A stretch of DNA of 64,000 nucleotides from Terriglobia bacterium (GTDB lineage: Bacteria > Acidobacteriota > Polarisedimenticolia > Polarisedimenticolales > JAIQFR01), in assembly GCA_963748015.1 (NCBI GenBank), contig CAVVHE010000008.1, positions 608,001 through 672,000 on the forward strand. The letters are read 5' to 3'. This document shows positions 18,048-25,812 of this stretch, piece by piece. A program made the position numbers and the translations under genes. Every line of letters begins with the position of its first letter. The stretch's first letter is position 1. The notes under the pieces are model-generated. The model had not been told where the DNA came from. It saw only the letters and a program-made list of their open reading frames with translations, and made no database searches.

Positions 18048-18271
18048 GGCGACAGATCACGACCGGCCACTACGTCGTATGCCTCACCAACCGAGGCTAC
18101 AGGGCATCGCTAATCGTCCGCAAGATCTACCAAACGATCCCCGACCCCGAAGCTGCCACGCGTGGTCTACTGCGAATAGTGGATGAATCCGGAGAAGACT
18201 ACTTGTTCCCGGAGGCTCTCTTCGCAGCGATCGAGATTCCAAGAGACCTGAAGCTGCGGCTGGCAACCTAA
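18044..18271 (+). CDS. 75-aa hypothetical protein, putative antitoxin or immunity partner (cassette 8)
   Basis: LLRIVDESGEDYLFP motif; stop in R''. Confidence 0.75.
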   Translation: MRRQITTGHYVVCLTNRGYRASLIVRKIYQTIPDPEAATRGLLRIVDESGEDYLFPEALFAAIEIPRDLKLRLAT

Positions 18272-18364
18272 CTGCGCGCTTGACCTGACGGTCCGTCCTG
18301 TCACGGTCCGTGCTTCCGCACGGCCCGCGCCAGGCCGGCCCGCAGGTCAGCGCCGACGTTAGCC
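18266..18364 (+). repeat. attC (99 bp)
   Basis: ACCTAAC...GTTAGCC. Confidence 0.92.
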
Positions 18365-18434
18365 GGAGCCCGAAAGACAACCTACCCAAAGCAGCGCTCA
18401 GAACGTATCATCTGACGGCAAGGAGTGCCGATAA

Positions 18435-18641
18435 ATGATCTTCATCGTCGAACTTGAGCAGGAAACGGACGGCCGATGGATCGCCGAAGTACCTGACCTG
18501 CCAGGGGTTATGGCTTACGGCAGGTCGTCGGCCGATGCGACCGCGAAAGTGCAGGCACTCGCGCTGCGCGTAGTTGCCGAACGACTTGAGCATGGCGAAG
18601 CCGGTCCCGACCTTCTCACGATCACATTCAAGGCGGCATGA
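18435..18641 (+). CDS. hicB: Short HicB-family antitoxin (cassette 9)
   Basis: ELEQETDGRWIAEVPDLPGVMAYG. Confidence 0.88.
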   Translation: MIFIVELEQETDGRWIAEVPDLPGVMAYGRSSADATAKVQALALRVVAERLEHGEAGPDLLTITFKAA

Positions 18642-18850
18642 GCGAATGGCCAAGCACGCGAGCACGACGGGTGCTCGCTGCGCTGCTCCGAATCGGCTGG
18701 GAACAGAAACGGCAGTCGGGTTCGCACCGCACCTTGCGGCGCGATGGGTGGCCTGACTATGTGTTCGCCTTTCATGACGACGAGGAATTGGGGCCACGGA
18801 TGCTCGCGCGAATCGCGAAACGCACCGGCCTCCGCCCACAAGATCTGTAA
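18638..18850 (+). CDS. hicA: HicA-family toxin (cassette 9)
   Basis: LLRIGWEQKRQSGSHRTL..FAFHD..GPRMLARI. Confidence 0.9.
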   Translation: MSEWPSTRARRVLAALLRIGWEQKRQSGSHRTLRRDGWPDYVFAFHDDEELGPRMLARIAKRTGLRPQDL

Positions 18851-18856
18851 CGGCCC

Positions 18857-18955
18857 GGCTAACTGCTGCGTGGACCCGCCAGTCCGTCCGGTCACGCCGC
18901 GTACTTTCGCACGCGTCGCGCCCGGCCGGCCTGCGGGTCACGCGCGACATTAGCC
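18857..18955 (+). repeat. attC (99 bp) with non-canonical ATT core
   Basis: GGCTAAC...ATTAGCC; near copy of 13103-13201. Confidence 0.85.
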
Positions 18956-18973
18956 GGACGAAAGAGGCGCCGC

Positions 18974-19417
18974 GTGGGTTTCAAGTGGCCGTTCAGTCGG
19001 CGCACAGATCGCGTGACCCCGCGAAGACCTACGAGGATCGAAATCGAGAGGCTCGGTTCCGCTGTCGTGTTGCGAATCACCGGGCGGCCAATGCTGTGTG
19101 AGCGTTGGGAAGACGGCCTACGATTTCAGTTTGGCTGCCTGATCGACCGTGGTGAACGCGCATTCATTATCGACATTACGCACTACGAGATGGGTGATTC
19201 TGGGGCCAGTCCGTTTATCGGTGAGATTGTCGCAACGTTCCGCCAGGCGAAGAAGCTGAAGGGATCGTTCTGTGTGATCGCGTCGGCGTCCCAGCGCGAG
19301 TTGTTCAGAACTACGAGACTTGACTCGGTGATCCGTATCGTCGACAACGAGAGACAGGCACTCTCGAAGTCGGCGGCCGATGACTCAGATCGCCAGACAT
19401 GCGAGGACGCCGGCTAA
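18974..19417 (+). CDS. STAS-like (anti-sigma antagonist) protein (cassette 10)
   Basis: VVLRITGR, FIIDITHYEMGDSG, ELFRTTRLDSVIRI. Confidence 0.65.
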   Translation: MGFKWPFSRRTDRVTPRRPTRIEIERLGSAVVLRITGRPMLCERWEDGLRFQFGCLIDRGERAFIIDITHYEMGDSGASPFIGEIVATFRQAKKLKGSFCVIASASQRELFRTTRLDSVIRIVDNERQALSKSAADDSDRQTCEDAG

Positions 19418-19493
19418 CATGGCCATCAAGCCGTCGGTCCACGCTGTCACGGCCCGCGCCAGCGTGTCCCGCAGCTTATGGCCGACGTTAGAC
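19412..19493 (+). repeat. attC (82 bp, internal deletion of the 99-bp family)
   Basis: GGCTAAC...GTTAGAC. Confidence 0.88.
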
Positions 19494-19520
19494 CTCCGGA
19501 GGCGGACGAGGAGGAGGTCG

Positions 19521-20048
19521 GTGTTGTCCTTCATGGTGCCGTTGGAATTCATCTGGACACGATCGACACCGACGTGGCGTGAGGTTGGCACTGCTATTGA
19601 AAACGGATGGTTGCGGCCCAAGGACGCCATCGACATTGCAAACCGCCGCCTGGAGGCATCCGGTCCGGTGGATCGCCTTGAGTACGACCTGGCTGGCCGA
19701 CAGTCCGATGACCCCGTCCTCGAAACAGTGTGGCGTTTGGCAAGCAGGGAAGCTCCGCAAGACGAGCGACAGATCAAGCGGAAATGGCTGCGGCTCGTAC
19801 TGCTGTGGGCCTATCACCACCGACAGCAATTCAAGGACCCCCTTGAGGTGGTCGAGGACATCTGGTGCGAGTTTGACCATCCCGCGGAGCTCAATCGCTT
19901 CATCCGCTACATGCCCGCCGAGAACGCGATCCGTGTCGAACAACGCACCCTGGAAGAGAACCTCGCGGCGCTACGTCAGGGCTGGGAGGAGTATATGAAC
20001 GTCCTCGATCGAGAATTCACAGCAGAGCGTTGGGGGCCGGAGGTCTAA
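19521..20048 (+). CDS. DUF2247-like protein (cassette 11)
   Basis: KWLRLVLLWAY...DPLEVVEDIWCEFDHPAELNRFIRYMP. Confidence 0.75.
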   Translation: MLSFMVPLEFIWTRSTPTWREVGTAIENGWLRPKDAIDIANRRLEASGPVDRLEYDLAGRQSDDPVLETVWRLASREAPQDERQIKRKWLRLVLLWAYHHRQQFKDPLEVVEDIWCEFDHPAELNRFIRYMPAENAIRVEQRTLEENLAALRQGWEEYMNVLDREFTAERWGPEV

Positions 20049-20141
20049 CATGGCCGTGAAGCTGCCGGTCCACGTTGTCGCGGGGCGTGCTTGCGCACGC
20101 CCCGCGCCAACGCGTCCCGCAGCTTACGGCCGCCGTTGGAC
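20043..20141 (+). repeat. attC (99 bp)
   Basis: GTCTAAC...GTTGGAC. Confidence 0.92.
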
Positions 20142-20159
20142 GGACAAGGCACTCGAAGA

Positions 20160-20441
20160 ATGAGCCGCCGTGGAGAATGGCGAGAAGCGTTCGCAGTGGT
20201 ACGCGCCGACCGCGTCGCCGACGACGGGTCCGCGGAAAGCCCCGACTCGTCCGGCCCGGAGATAAACCTGGGGGAGTACAGCATCACGATCAAAGAAGTT
20301 GTCCTTAGGGTCGAAGTGGCGGAGGCGGAAGTTGAGCGCCTCAATTCCCTAAACCGTGGCAAGGGGTGTCGCTACTACTGGCAGCGAACGCACTACTTCC
20401 CGAACGGTGGTTCTTTTGGCGCGGGGGAGATGGAACCGTGA
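20160..20441 (+). CDS. Hypothetical protein (cassette 12)
   Basis: ITIKEVV..AEAEVERLNSLN..KGCRYYWQRT; fills the cassette. Confidence 0.65.
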   Translation: MSRRGEWREAFAVVRADRVADDGSAESPDSSGPEINLGEYSITIKEVVLRVEVAEAEVERLNSLNRGKGCRYYWQRTHYFPNGGSFGAGEMEP

Positions 20442-20448
20442 AGCCGCC

Positions 20449-20512
20449 GTCCAACATGCCGTGGCAGGCGACGGTCCGCTGCGCGGCCGCGGCTGATGCC
20501 GGAACATTAGGT
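20449..20512 (+). repeat. attC (64 bp) with non-canonical ATT core
   Basis: GTCCAAC...ATTAGGT. Confidence 0.82.
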
Positions 20513-20839
20513 TGCTGGAAGGCCCTTCGAGAGCGTAATGATCCTGGCGAGCTCCCGATTGGATGCTCCAAGTGCGAGGAGGGAGCGGATGAGCAAGTCG
20601 AGGGTCACGGATGGGTCGCCCGCCTCCATTTTCGCGACACGGGATTGGCTGGATTTCACCTTCCGCGCAAGCTCCACCTGGGTCAGCCGCCGCTGCCGGC
20701 GCCGCTGTCGAAGGCCATCGGCGAATTTGAGCTTCAATTCGACGTACGCCGCCTCTTCCGCCGAAAGCCCCAAGAACTCCCTGGCGCCGCCGATCTTCCA
20801 CCCCTTTGCTACCAGACGCTTCCTCTTCTCTTCACGCAT
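20507..20839 (-). CDS. higA: XRE-HTH antitoxin, HigA-like (cassette 13, inverted)
   Basis: LTQVELARKVKSSQSRVAKMEAG HTH; downstream of toxin. Confidence 0.82.
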   Translation of the reverse strand: MREEKRKRLVAKGWKIGGAREFLGLSAEEAAYVELKLKFADGLRQRRRQRRLTQVELARKVKSSQSRVAKMEAGDPSVTLDLLIRSLLALGASNRELARIITLSKGLPAT

Positions 20840-21164
20840 GGTCGTACTCCCGAAGTCTCCGCTTGCAAGCCTCGATCACCGTCATGGGAGTGGCGGCAGT
20901 CTTCTTGCTGAACACGTCAACGATGACGACCGCGTCCGGGTCAACTCTGTAGACGAGCCTCCAGGTCACGTCGGCGTCGTTGATCCTCAATTCCTGGCAG
21001 CGGCGCCCGATTGTCGGCATCGGCCTCGAGCGGGGCATCCGCAAAGGCTCTCCTCGCTGCAACCTCCGAAGAAGAATGCCCGCCTCGATCCTAGCAGCCT
21101 GGGAAAGAGGGGGCGTCTTGACCTCTCCGTGCAACCAGACGAGGGGCTTGTCCGAGGTGCTCAT
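20832..21164 (-). CDS. higB: RelE/HigB-like toxin (cassette 13, inverted)
   Basis: MPRSRPMPTIGRRCQELRI..WRLVYR..VFSKKT. Confidence 0.85.
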   Translation of the reverse strand: MSTSDKPLVWLHGEVKTPPLSQAARIEAGILLRRLQRGEPLRMPRSRPMPTIGRRCQELRINDADVTWRLVYRVDPDAVVIVDVFSKKTAATPMTVIEACKRRLREYDHA

Positions 21165-21172
21165 CCGGGGTT

Positions 21173-21201
21173 ATGATATGTCAAGCGTGACATACGCGCA
21201 A
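21173..21201 (-). promoter_or_regulatory. Sigma70 promoter with embedded operator palindrome for the inverted TA cassette
   Basis: Minus strand TTGCGC-17 bp-TATCAT; TATGTCA-N4-TGACATA at 21177-21194. Confidence 0.8.
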
Positions 21202-21221
21202 GAATTTTACGAGCGGCAGCA

Positions 21222-21285
21222 ACCTAGCATGCTGTTGCAGGCGACGGGCAGGTGCGCGGCCCGCGCCTGAACAGCGACGTTAGAC
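21222..21285 (+). repeat. attC (64 bp), R'' core AAC>AGC
   Basis: ACCTAGC...GTTAGAC. Confidence 0.82.
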
Positions 21286-21313
21286 GGCTGGGACATCAGT
21301 TGGGCATCTAACC

Positions 21314-21730
21314 GTGAAGATGTACAGACCGGTCGGACTTCGTGAACTAGAGCTTGTAGCCGCGAGCGGGTACCGCGGCTTCCCGCCGAGGCTACAGCCG
21401 CAGCCAATCTTCTATGTGGTTCTGACTTACTCGTATGCTGAAGCGATTGCGCGCAAATGGAACACGGTCGATGCGACCTCCGGCTACGCAGGCTTCGTAA
21501 CCTCATTCGATTTGAACGGGTCGTTCGCTACGCGATACGAAGAGAGAACGGTTGGGGGCCGAGACGACCGAGAGTTGTGGATTCCGGCGGAGGAACTGCC
21601 AGCGTTCAACGAACAGATCCTCGGCGAAATCGTTGTCGAGGCGAGCTTCTATGGCGAAGGCTTCAGCGGTACTATCGACGACGGCACCCAACTGCCGCTG
21701 AGCGTGCTAAGTGCGAAATCAGCCGTCTAA
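21314..21730 (+). CDS. Protein of the family usually annotated ADP-ribosylation/crystallin J1 (cassette 14)
   Basis: YRPVGLRELEL..FPPRLQPQPIFY..IARKWN..GFVT..ELWIPAEELPAFN. Confidence 0.75.
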   Translation: MKMYRPVGLRELELVAASGYRGFPPRLQPQPIFYVVLTYSYAEAIARKWNTVDATSGYAGFVTSFDLNGSFATRYEERTVGGRDDRELWIPAEELPAFNEQILGEIVVEASFYGEGFSGTIDDGTQLPLSVLSAKSAV

Positions 21731-21822
21731 CACTCCGTTATACCCGACGCAGTTCGGCGTCACGCCGCGTGCTTGCGCACGCGTCGCGCCGCCGACCCGT
21801 GCGGTCAACGGAATCGTTAGGC
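21725..21822 (+). repeat. attC (98 bp)
   Basis: GTCTAAC...GTTAGGC. Confidence 0.9.
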
Positions 21823-21893
21823 GAGTCGCCTGAGATCGAACGCCAATTGTCGATGAACCAGGCTGTCCCTGGTGCCAGGAAAGGAAGGTCCTT

Positions 21894-22357
21894 ATGAAAC
21901 CTCGCCACTTGATCATGATCGCAGCCTCCTGGTTCTGAGCTTCAGCCCCGACGCGATGTCGGCGACGAAAGAATGGAGGTACGCCATTCCCCAAGGAGCC
22001 ACCTTGGTCCAGTTGGTGACGGATGACGTCGGTGGTGCTGCGTTCTCGTACGGTTTCAATGGATCGACTCACGTCGTGTGGCTCGACGCTCGAGGACGTC
22101 AACTCTACATGCTGGAGCTCACCTCCGGCGAAGGTCTCAACGCGATCGTGGGTGTCAACAACCGAGCGCTGGTGGTCGAAATCGGGGATCAGAACCAGTT
22201 CCTTGCTATCGACAGAAGTGGGACAGAGACCGTGGTCCCAAATGTAGGAAACCCTTTGCCTATCGCGAACACGCCGACAGACCGAAATGGTTTCTGCGCC
22301 GTGGAGTTCGATCCCTCGATCGGTGTGGTGACCGCAATCGTTCGATACAGCTACTGA
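21894..22357 (+). pseudogene. Secreted beta-rich protein with a frameshift in the signal peptide (cassette 15)
   Basis: AAGGAAGG RBS and ATG 21894 give MKPRHLIMIAA then a stop; one added base joins it to LLVLSFSPDAMSA... Confidence 0.6.
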
Positions 22358-22418
22358 AGAGCAGAGAATTCGTGAGGGGAGCATTGCTCCCAGACCCAGC
22401 ACTGTCCTGCCGGCGAGC

Positions 22419-22529
22419 GCCTAGCCCGTGCGTACAGCCGGCAGTCAGCGTCGCGGCGGGCGGCGACCGCTTCGCAGGCGGCCTATCGGCCGCCGCTCCG
22501 CGGCCTGCGGCTGACGCACGACGTTAGCT
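22419..22529 (+). repeat. attC (111 bp), R'' core AAC>AGC
   Basis: GCCTAGC...GTTAGCT. Confidence 0.75.
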
Positions 22530-22570
22530 GGCCCACATCAAGTACTGGCCAGCTTGAACGGCGGCACCGG

Positions 22571-23932
22571 ATGAAGAGAAGATTCGCACGGAACACGAAG
22601 ACACACTTCATGACCTCACGGGTCCGGGCCTTATGCCTGCTGGTAGCCGTCATCGCGGCTCAGGCCGCGCTCGCGCAGCAAGCCCTGCCTGTCCTCAGAG
22701 CCAATTCCGCAGCCGTGGACGTCCGGGATGGCGACAGGCTCTTAAAGGGGGACTGGATCATCGACCCCACAGCTGCGCTCGACGTCTACGTTGTGCGAAG
22801 AACTACCGAAAAGAAGCGGGTCACCTTCATCACCGACATCGATTCGATGTCGTTCGATATCGAGCCGGGGCACACGTACGACTTCGTCATTCTGCTCAAC
22901 GGCAAAGACGCCTGCCACACGCGCATCTCGTCGATGACGCAGAGCTACCGGCGCGTTGACCCGAGCCCGACGACGGGGCCGGACACTATCCCGATCTCCA
23001 TCCGTCACGGCAAGATGCACCTGGAAGGGCGAATCAACGACTCTCAGTTGCTGGACTTCATCTTCGATACGGGGGCGGAGATCTCCGCGCTCTATCCCTC
23101 CGCGATACCCAAGGGGGCCAAGCTCTGGTTCGACGGGACAACCAACAACTCCGGTACGGGCGGTACAACCCTGAGGCAAACTAGCAGCGATAACCGGCTC
23201 GAAATCGCCGGACTGCGATGGGATCACGAGCCGGTCATGTACGTGGAGAAGCAGGCCGATCGCGCAGACGGGATCGTCGGATACCCGATGTTCGAGAACA
23301 AGGTGGTCGAAATCGATTTCGATCGCATGGTCATGGTCCTTCACGACACATTGCCCGCTCATGCCACCGGATTCGCCAAAACGCCGATGCCATTCTCCGG
23401 TTCGCTGCCGGCGGTCGAGGCTGTCCTGGTCAACGGCGAGAGGCGCGCCAGCGGGTTGTTCGTCCTGGACACAGCAGGAGGCGGGGCCATGGTCGTCAAC
23501 CAGGCGTTCGCGGCGGCCAACGGCCTGCACGGCACGATGAAGTACCTTGGCGCCAGCACATCCCGCGGCGTTGGGAGCGTGGGCATCCGCAACCACTTGC
23601 TGCTGCTGCCACATCTGACGCTCGCGGGCTTCGACATCCCCAATGTTCCGATAAACGTTGAGTTGCCCTCTGACGGCAGCAAGGCCCCGCCCGGCGGTGT
23701 GCTTTGTATGGAGGTGCTCCAGCGCTTCAACACTATCCTCGACTTCCAGCGCAACGAGGCGTACTTCAAGCCGAACGCGTCTTTCAACGCACCATTCAAG
23801 GCGAGATTCCGGGGTCCGCCCTGGTCGGTGATCCTCGGGATCGCGGTGGTCTCAGTCGCGTCGTTCGCAGGGCTGATCCTGCTTCGAGCGAGACGACGCC
23901 GGAGCCTTGAAGAAGTGCGGCCGGCCAGCTAA
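22571..23932 (+). CDS. Secreted, C-terminally anchored retropepsin-like aspartyl protease with two domains (cassette 16)
   Basis: FIFDTGA and FVLDTAG motifs, signal peptide, C-terminal TM. Confidence 0.85.
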   Translation: MKRRFARNTKTHFMTSRVRALCLLVAVIAAQAALAQQALPVLRANSAAVDVRDGDRLLKGDWIIDPTAALDVYVVRRTTEKKRVTFITDIDSMSFDIEPGHTYDFVILLNGKDACHTRISSMTQSYRRVDPSPTTGPDTIPISIRHGKMHLEGRINDSQLLDFIFDTGAEISALYPSAIPKGAKLWFDGTTNNSGTGGTTLRQTSSDNRLEIAGLRWDHEPVMYVEKQADRADGIVGYPMFENKVVEIDFDRMVMVLHDTLPAHATGFAKTPMPFSGSLPAVEAVLVNGERRASGLFVLDTAGGGAMVVNQAFAAANGLHGTMKYLGASTSRGVGSVGIRNHLLLLPHLTLAGFDIPNVPINVELPSDGSKAPPGGVLCMEVLQRFNTILDFQRNEAYFKPNASFNAPFKARFRGPPWSVILGIAVVSVASFAGLILLRARRRRSLEEVRPAS

Positions 23933-23986
23933 CAACCTGCTACAGCGGACGATGCTGCGCGCCGCCGCTGAACCGGAGCGTTAGGC
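23927..23986 (+). repeat. attC (60 bp)
   Basis: AGCTAAC...GTTAGGC. Confidence 0.85.
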
Positions 23987-24147
23987 CGACAGGCTACGTG
24001 ATGCGCGCGCGTACGAGCGCAAGGCGTTCGATTCTTCCTGCGCCGCGTCTGCGGCCGACTTGGCTCGGCCGTTGAGAGGTGCGAGAATGATCGCTGCATC
24101 ATCCGTCGTACAAACATGAATCGCATAGCAAACAGCAGGAGGCAACC

Positions 24148-24510
24148 ATGCCACGCTACGTAGACGGGTTCGTACTACCGATGCCCAAGAAGAACATCGC
24201 GGCCTATCGTGAAATGGCACGGTTGGGCGCAAAGGTATGGCGCGACCATGGCGCCGTCGAATACTTCGAGTGCGTAGGCGATGATCTCAAGGTGAAGTTT
24301 GGGCAATCGTTCCCTCGAGGAATCCGATTGAAGTCGAGTGAAACCGTCGTGTTCTCGTGGATCGTGTTCAAGTCACGCGCGCATCGCGATCGAGTGAATG
24401 CCAAAGTCATGAAGGATCCGCGACTGGCGAACATGATGAAGTCGAAGGCGATGCCATTTGATGTGAAGCGGATGATGTACGGAGGTTTCAAAGTCATCGT
24501 GGACGCATAG
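24148..24510 (+). CDS. DUF1428 (YbaA-like) protein (cassette 17)
   Basis: YVDGFVLP..ETVVFSWI..MPFDVKRMMYGGF. Confidence 0.88.
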   Translation: MPRYVDGFVLPMPKKNIAAYREMARLGAKVWRDHGAVEYFECVGDDLKVKFGQSFPRGIRLKSSETVVFSWIVFKSRAHRDRVNAKVMKDPRLANMMKSKAMPFDVKRMMYGGFKVIVDA

Positions 24511-24571
24511 TGCCGCTTGGGACGGCGGGTTTGTCGCCCTATGGTGTGAATCTCGGTCGTGCGCGGTTGCG

Positions 24572-24667
24572 GCCTAACATACCCTTGCACCTGACAAGGC
24601 CGCGGGCACGGTGCCCGGTCGCCGGAGGCGGTCGCCCGCGTCCTTGCGGGTGAAGGCAACGTTAGCC
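24572..24667 (+). repeat. attC (96 bp)
   Basis: GCCTAAC...GTTAGCC. Confidence 0.85.
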
Positions 24668-24674
24668 TGACATC

Positions 24675-25100
24675 ATGAGCACCCTTCGACCTATCGGATT
24701 CTGGTGGCCGGGGATCGCGGAACCACAGGCAATTCTGCGGATTCTCGGATCGCAAGCGCCAGACACAAACGTCGTGTCGTACCTTCGGGGTGGACACGTA
24801 CTGAATGCGTACGGCGGGTGGTCGAATTGTCGCTTTCGGTGCGGTGTGCCGGATCACGAAATGGGCGATTCTGACCTGACGGATGGAACTTGGCTGTGGC
24901 CCCAAGGCCTGGTGCACTACGTCGAGGTTCATGGAGTGGCCCTGCCGGACGAGTTCCTGGCGAAGGCGCGGGCCATGCGTGGCAAGGTTCCAGAGTTGTC
25001 CGAGGCTCAGAGGTCCGAGCTGATCGAGCAGAGACAATATGCCGCTGACGTCGGATACTGGATCGCATGGTGTGCGACTCTGAAACATCCCGTGCGATGA
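24675..25100 (+). CDS. Conserved-looking hypothetical protein with Cys/His motif (cassette 18)
   Basis: [37 protein letters not shown]. Confidence 0.7.
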   Translation: MSTLRPIGFWWPGIAEPQAILRILGSQAPDTNVVSYLRGGHVLNAYGGWSNCRFRCGVPDHEMGDSDLTDGTWLWPQGLVHYVEVHGVALPDEFLAKARAMRGKVPELSEAQRSELIEQRQYAADVGYWIAWCATLKHPVR

Positions 25101-25155
25101 CGAGCCGTCAACCCGGGGCGCAGATGGAGCCGCCTCCAAGGAGCGGCAGGCAATC

Positions 25156-25254
25156 GACCAACTTGCAAATCAAGCTCTCGGTCCCTGCCGTCACGGCCTG
25201 TGCTTGCGCACGGTCAGCGCCGGCACAGCCCGCTCCCGATGCGCGACGTCATGC
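25156..25254 (+). repeat. Degenerate attC (99-bp family), GTC core
   Basis: GACCAAC...GTCACGGCCTGTGCTTGCGCACGG...GTCATGC. Confidence 0.7.
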
Positions 25255-25296
25255 GTACGCGGCGATACTGGCGGGCGGTTCCCACTGGAGGAGCGC

Positions 25297-25647
25297 ATGG
25301 ACAACCAGCGGGTCTTCAGGATGGCGTTCGCAAGCGTGTACCCGCTTTATGTTGAGAAGGCGGAAAAGAAGGGGCGCACCAAGCAGGAAGTCGACGATGT
25401 CATCTGCTGGCTGACGGGCTACAGCCCACAGGCTTTGGCCGCGCAGATCGATCAGAGGAAGGACTTCGAAGCGTTCTTCAGGGAGGCACCATCGCTCCAT
25501 CCCAACGCCAGCAAGATCACCGGCGTTATCTGCGGCGTTCGCGTGGAGGAGATCGAGGACCCGCTGATGCGCAAGATCCGGTATTTGGACAAACTGGTGG
25601 ATGAACTGGCCAAGGGCAGGCCGATCGAGAAGGTCCTTCGCAGGTAG
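25297..25647 (+). CDS. DUF2200 protein
   Basis: [54 protein letters not shown]. Confidence 0.88.
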   Translation: MDNQRVFRMAFASVYPLYVEKAEKKGRTKQEVDDVICWLTGYSPQALAAQIDQRKDFEAFFREAPSLHPNASKITGVICGVRVEEIEDPLMRKIRYLDKLVDELAKGRPIEKVLRR

Positions 25648-25661
25648 GTTGCTCTTCAATC

Positions 25662-25797
25662 GCATGAGCGTTGGCCAGCCGAATCCGATGGCCCTGTGTT
25701 CGGCAGTCGTCGCCGCCGCGGCCGACGAGCGGCAGGCAGGTCGGGGCCGAGTGCAGCATCGAATTCGTCGATCGCGGCTGAGGGGCAGTCGTTGGGC
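25662..25797 (+). repeat. Strongly degenerate attC
   Basis: GCATGAG...GTTGGGC just before the next RBS; weak palindrome. Confidence 0.4.
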
Positions 25798-25812
25798 AGT
25801 CAGGAGTGAATC

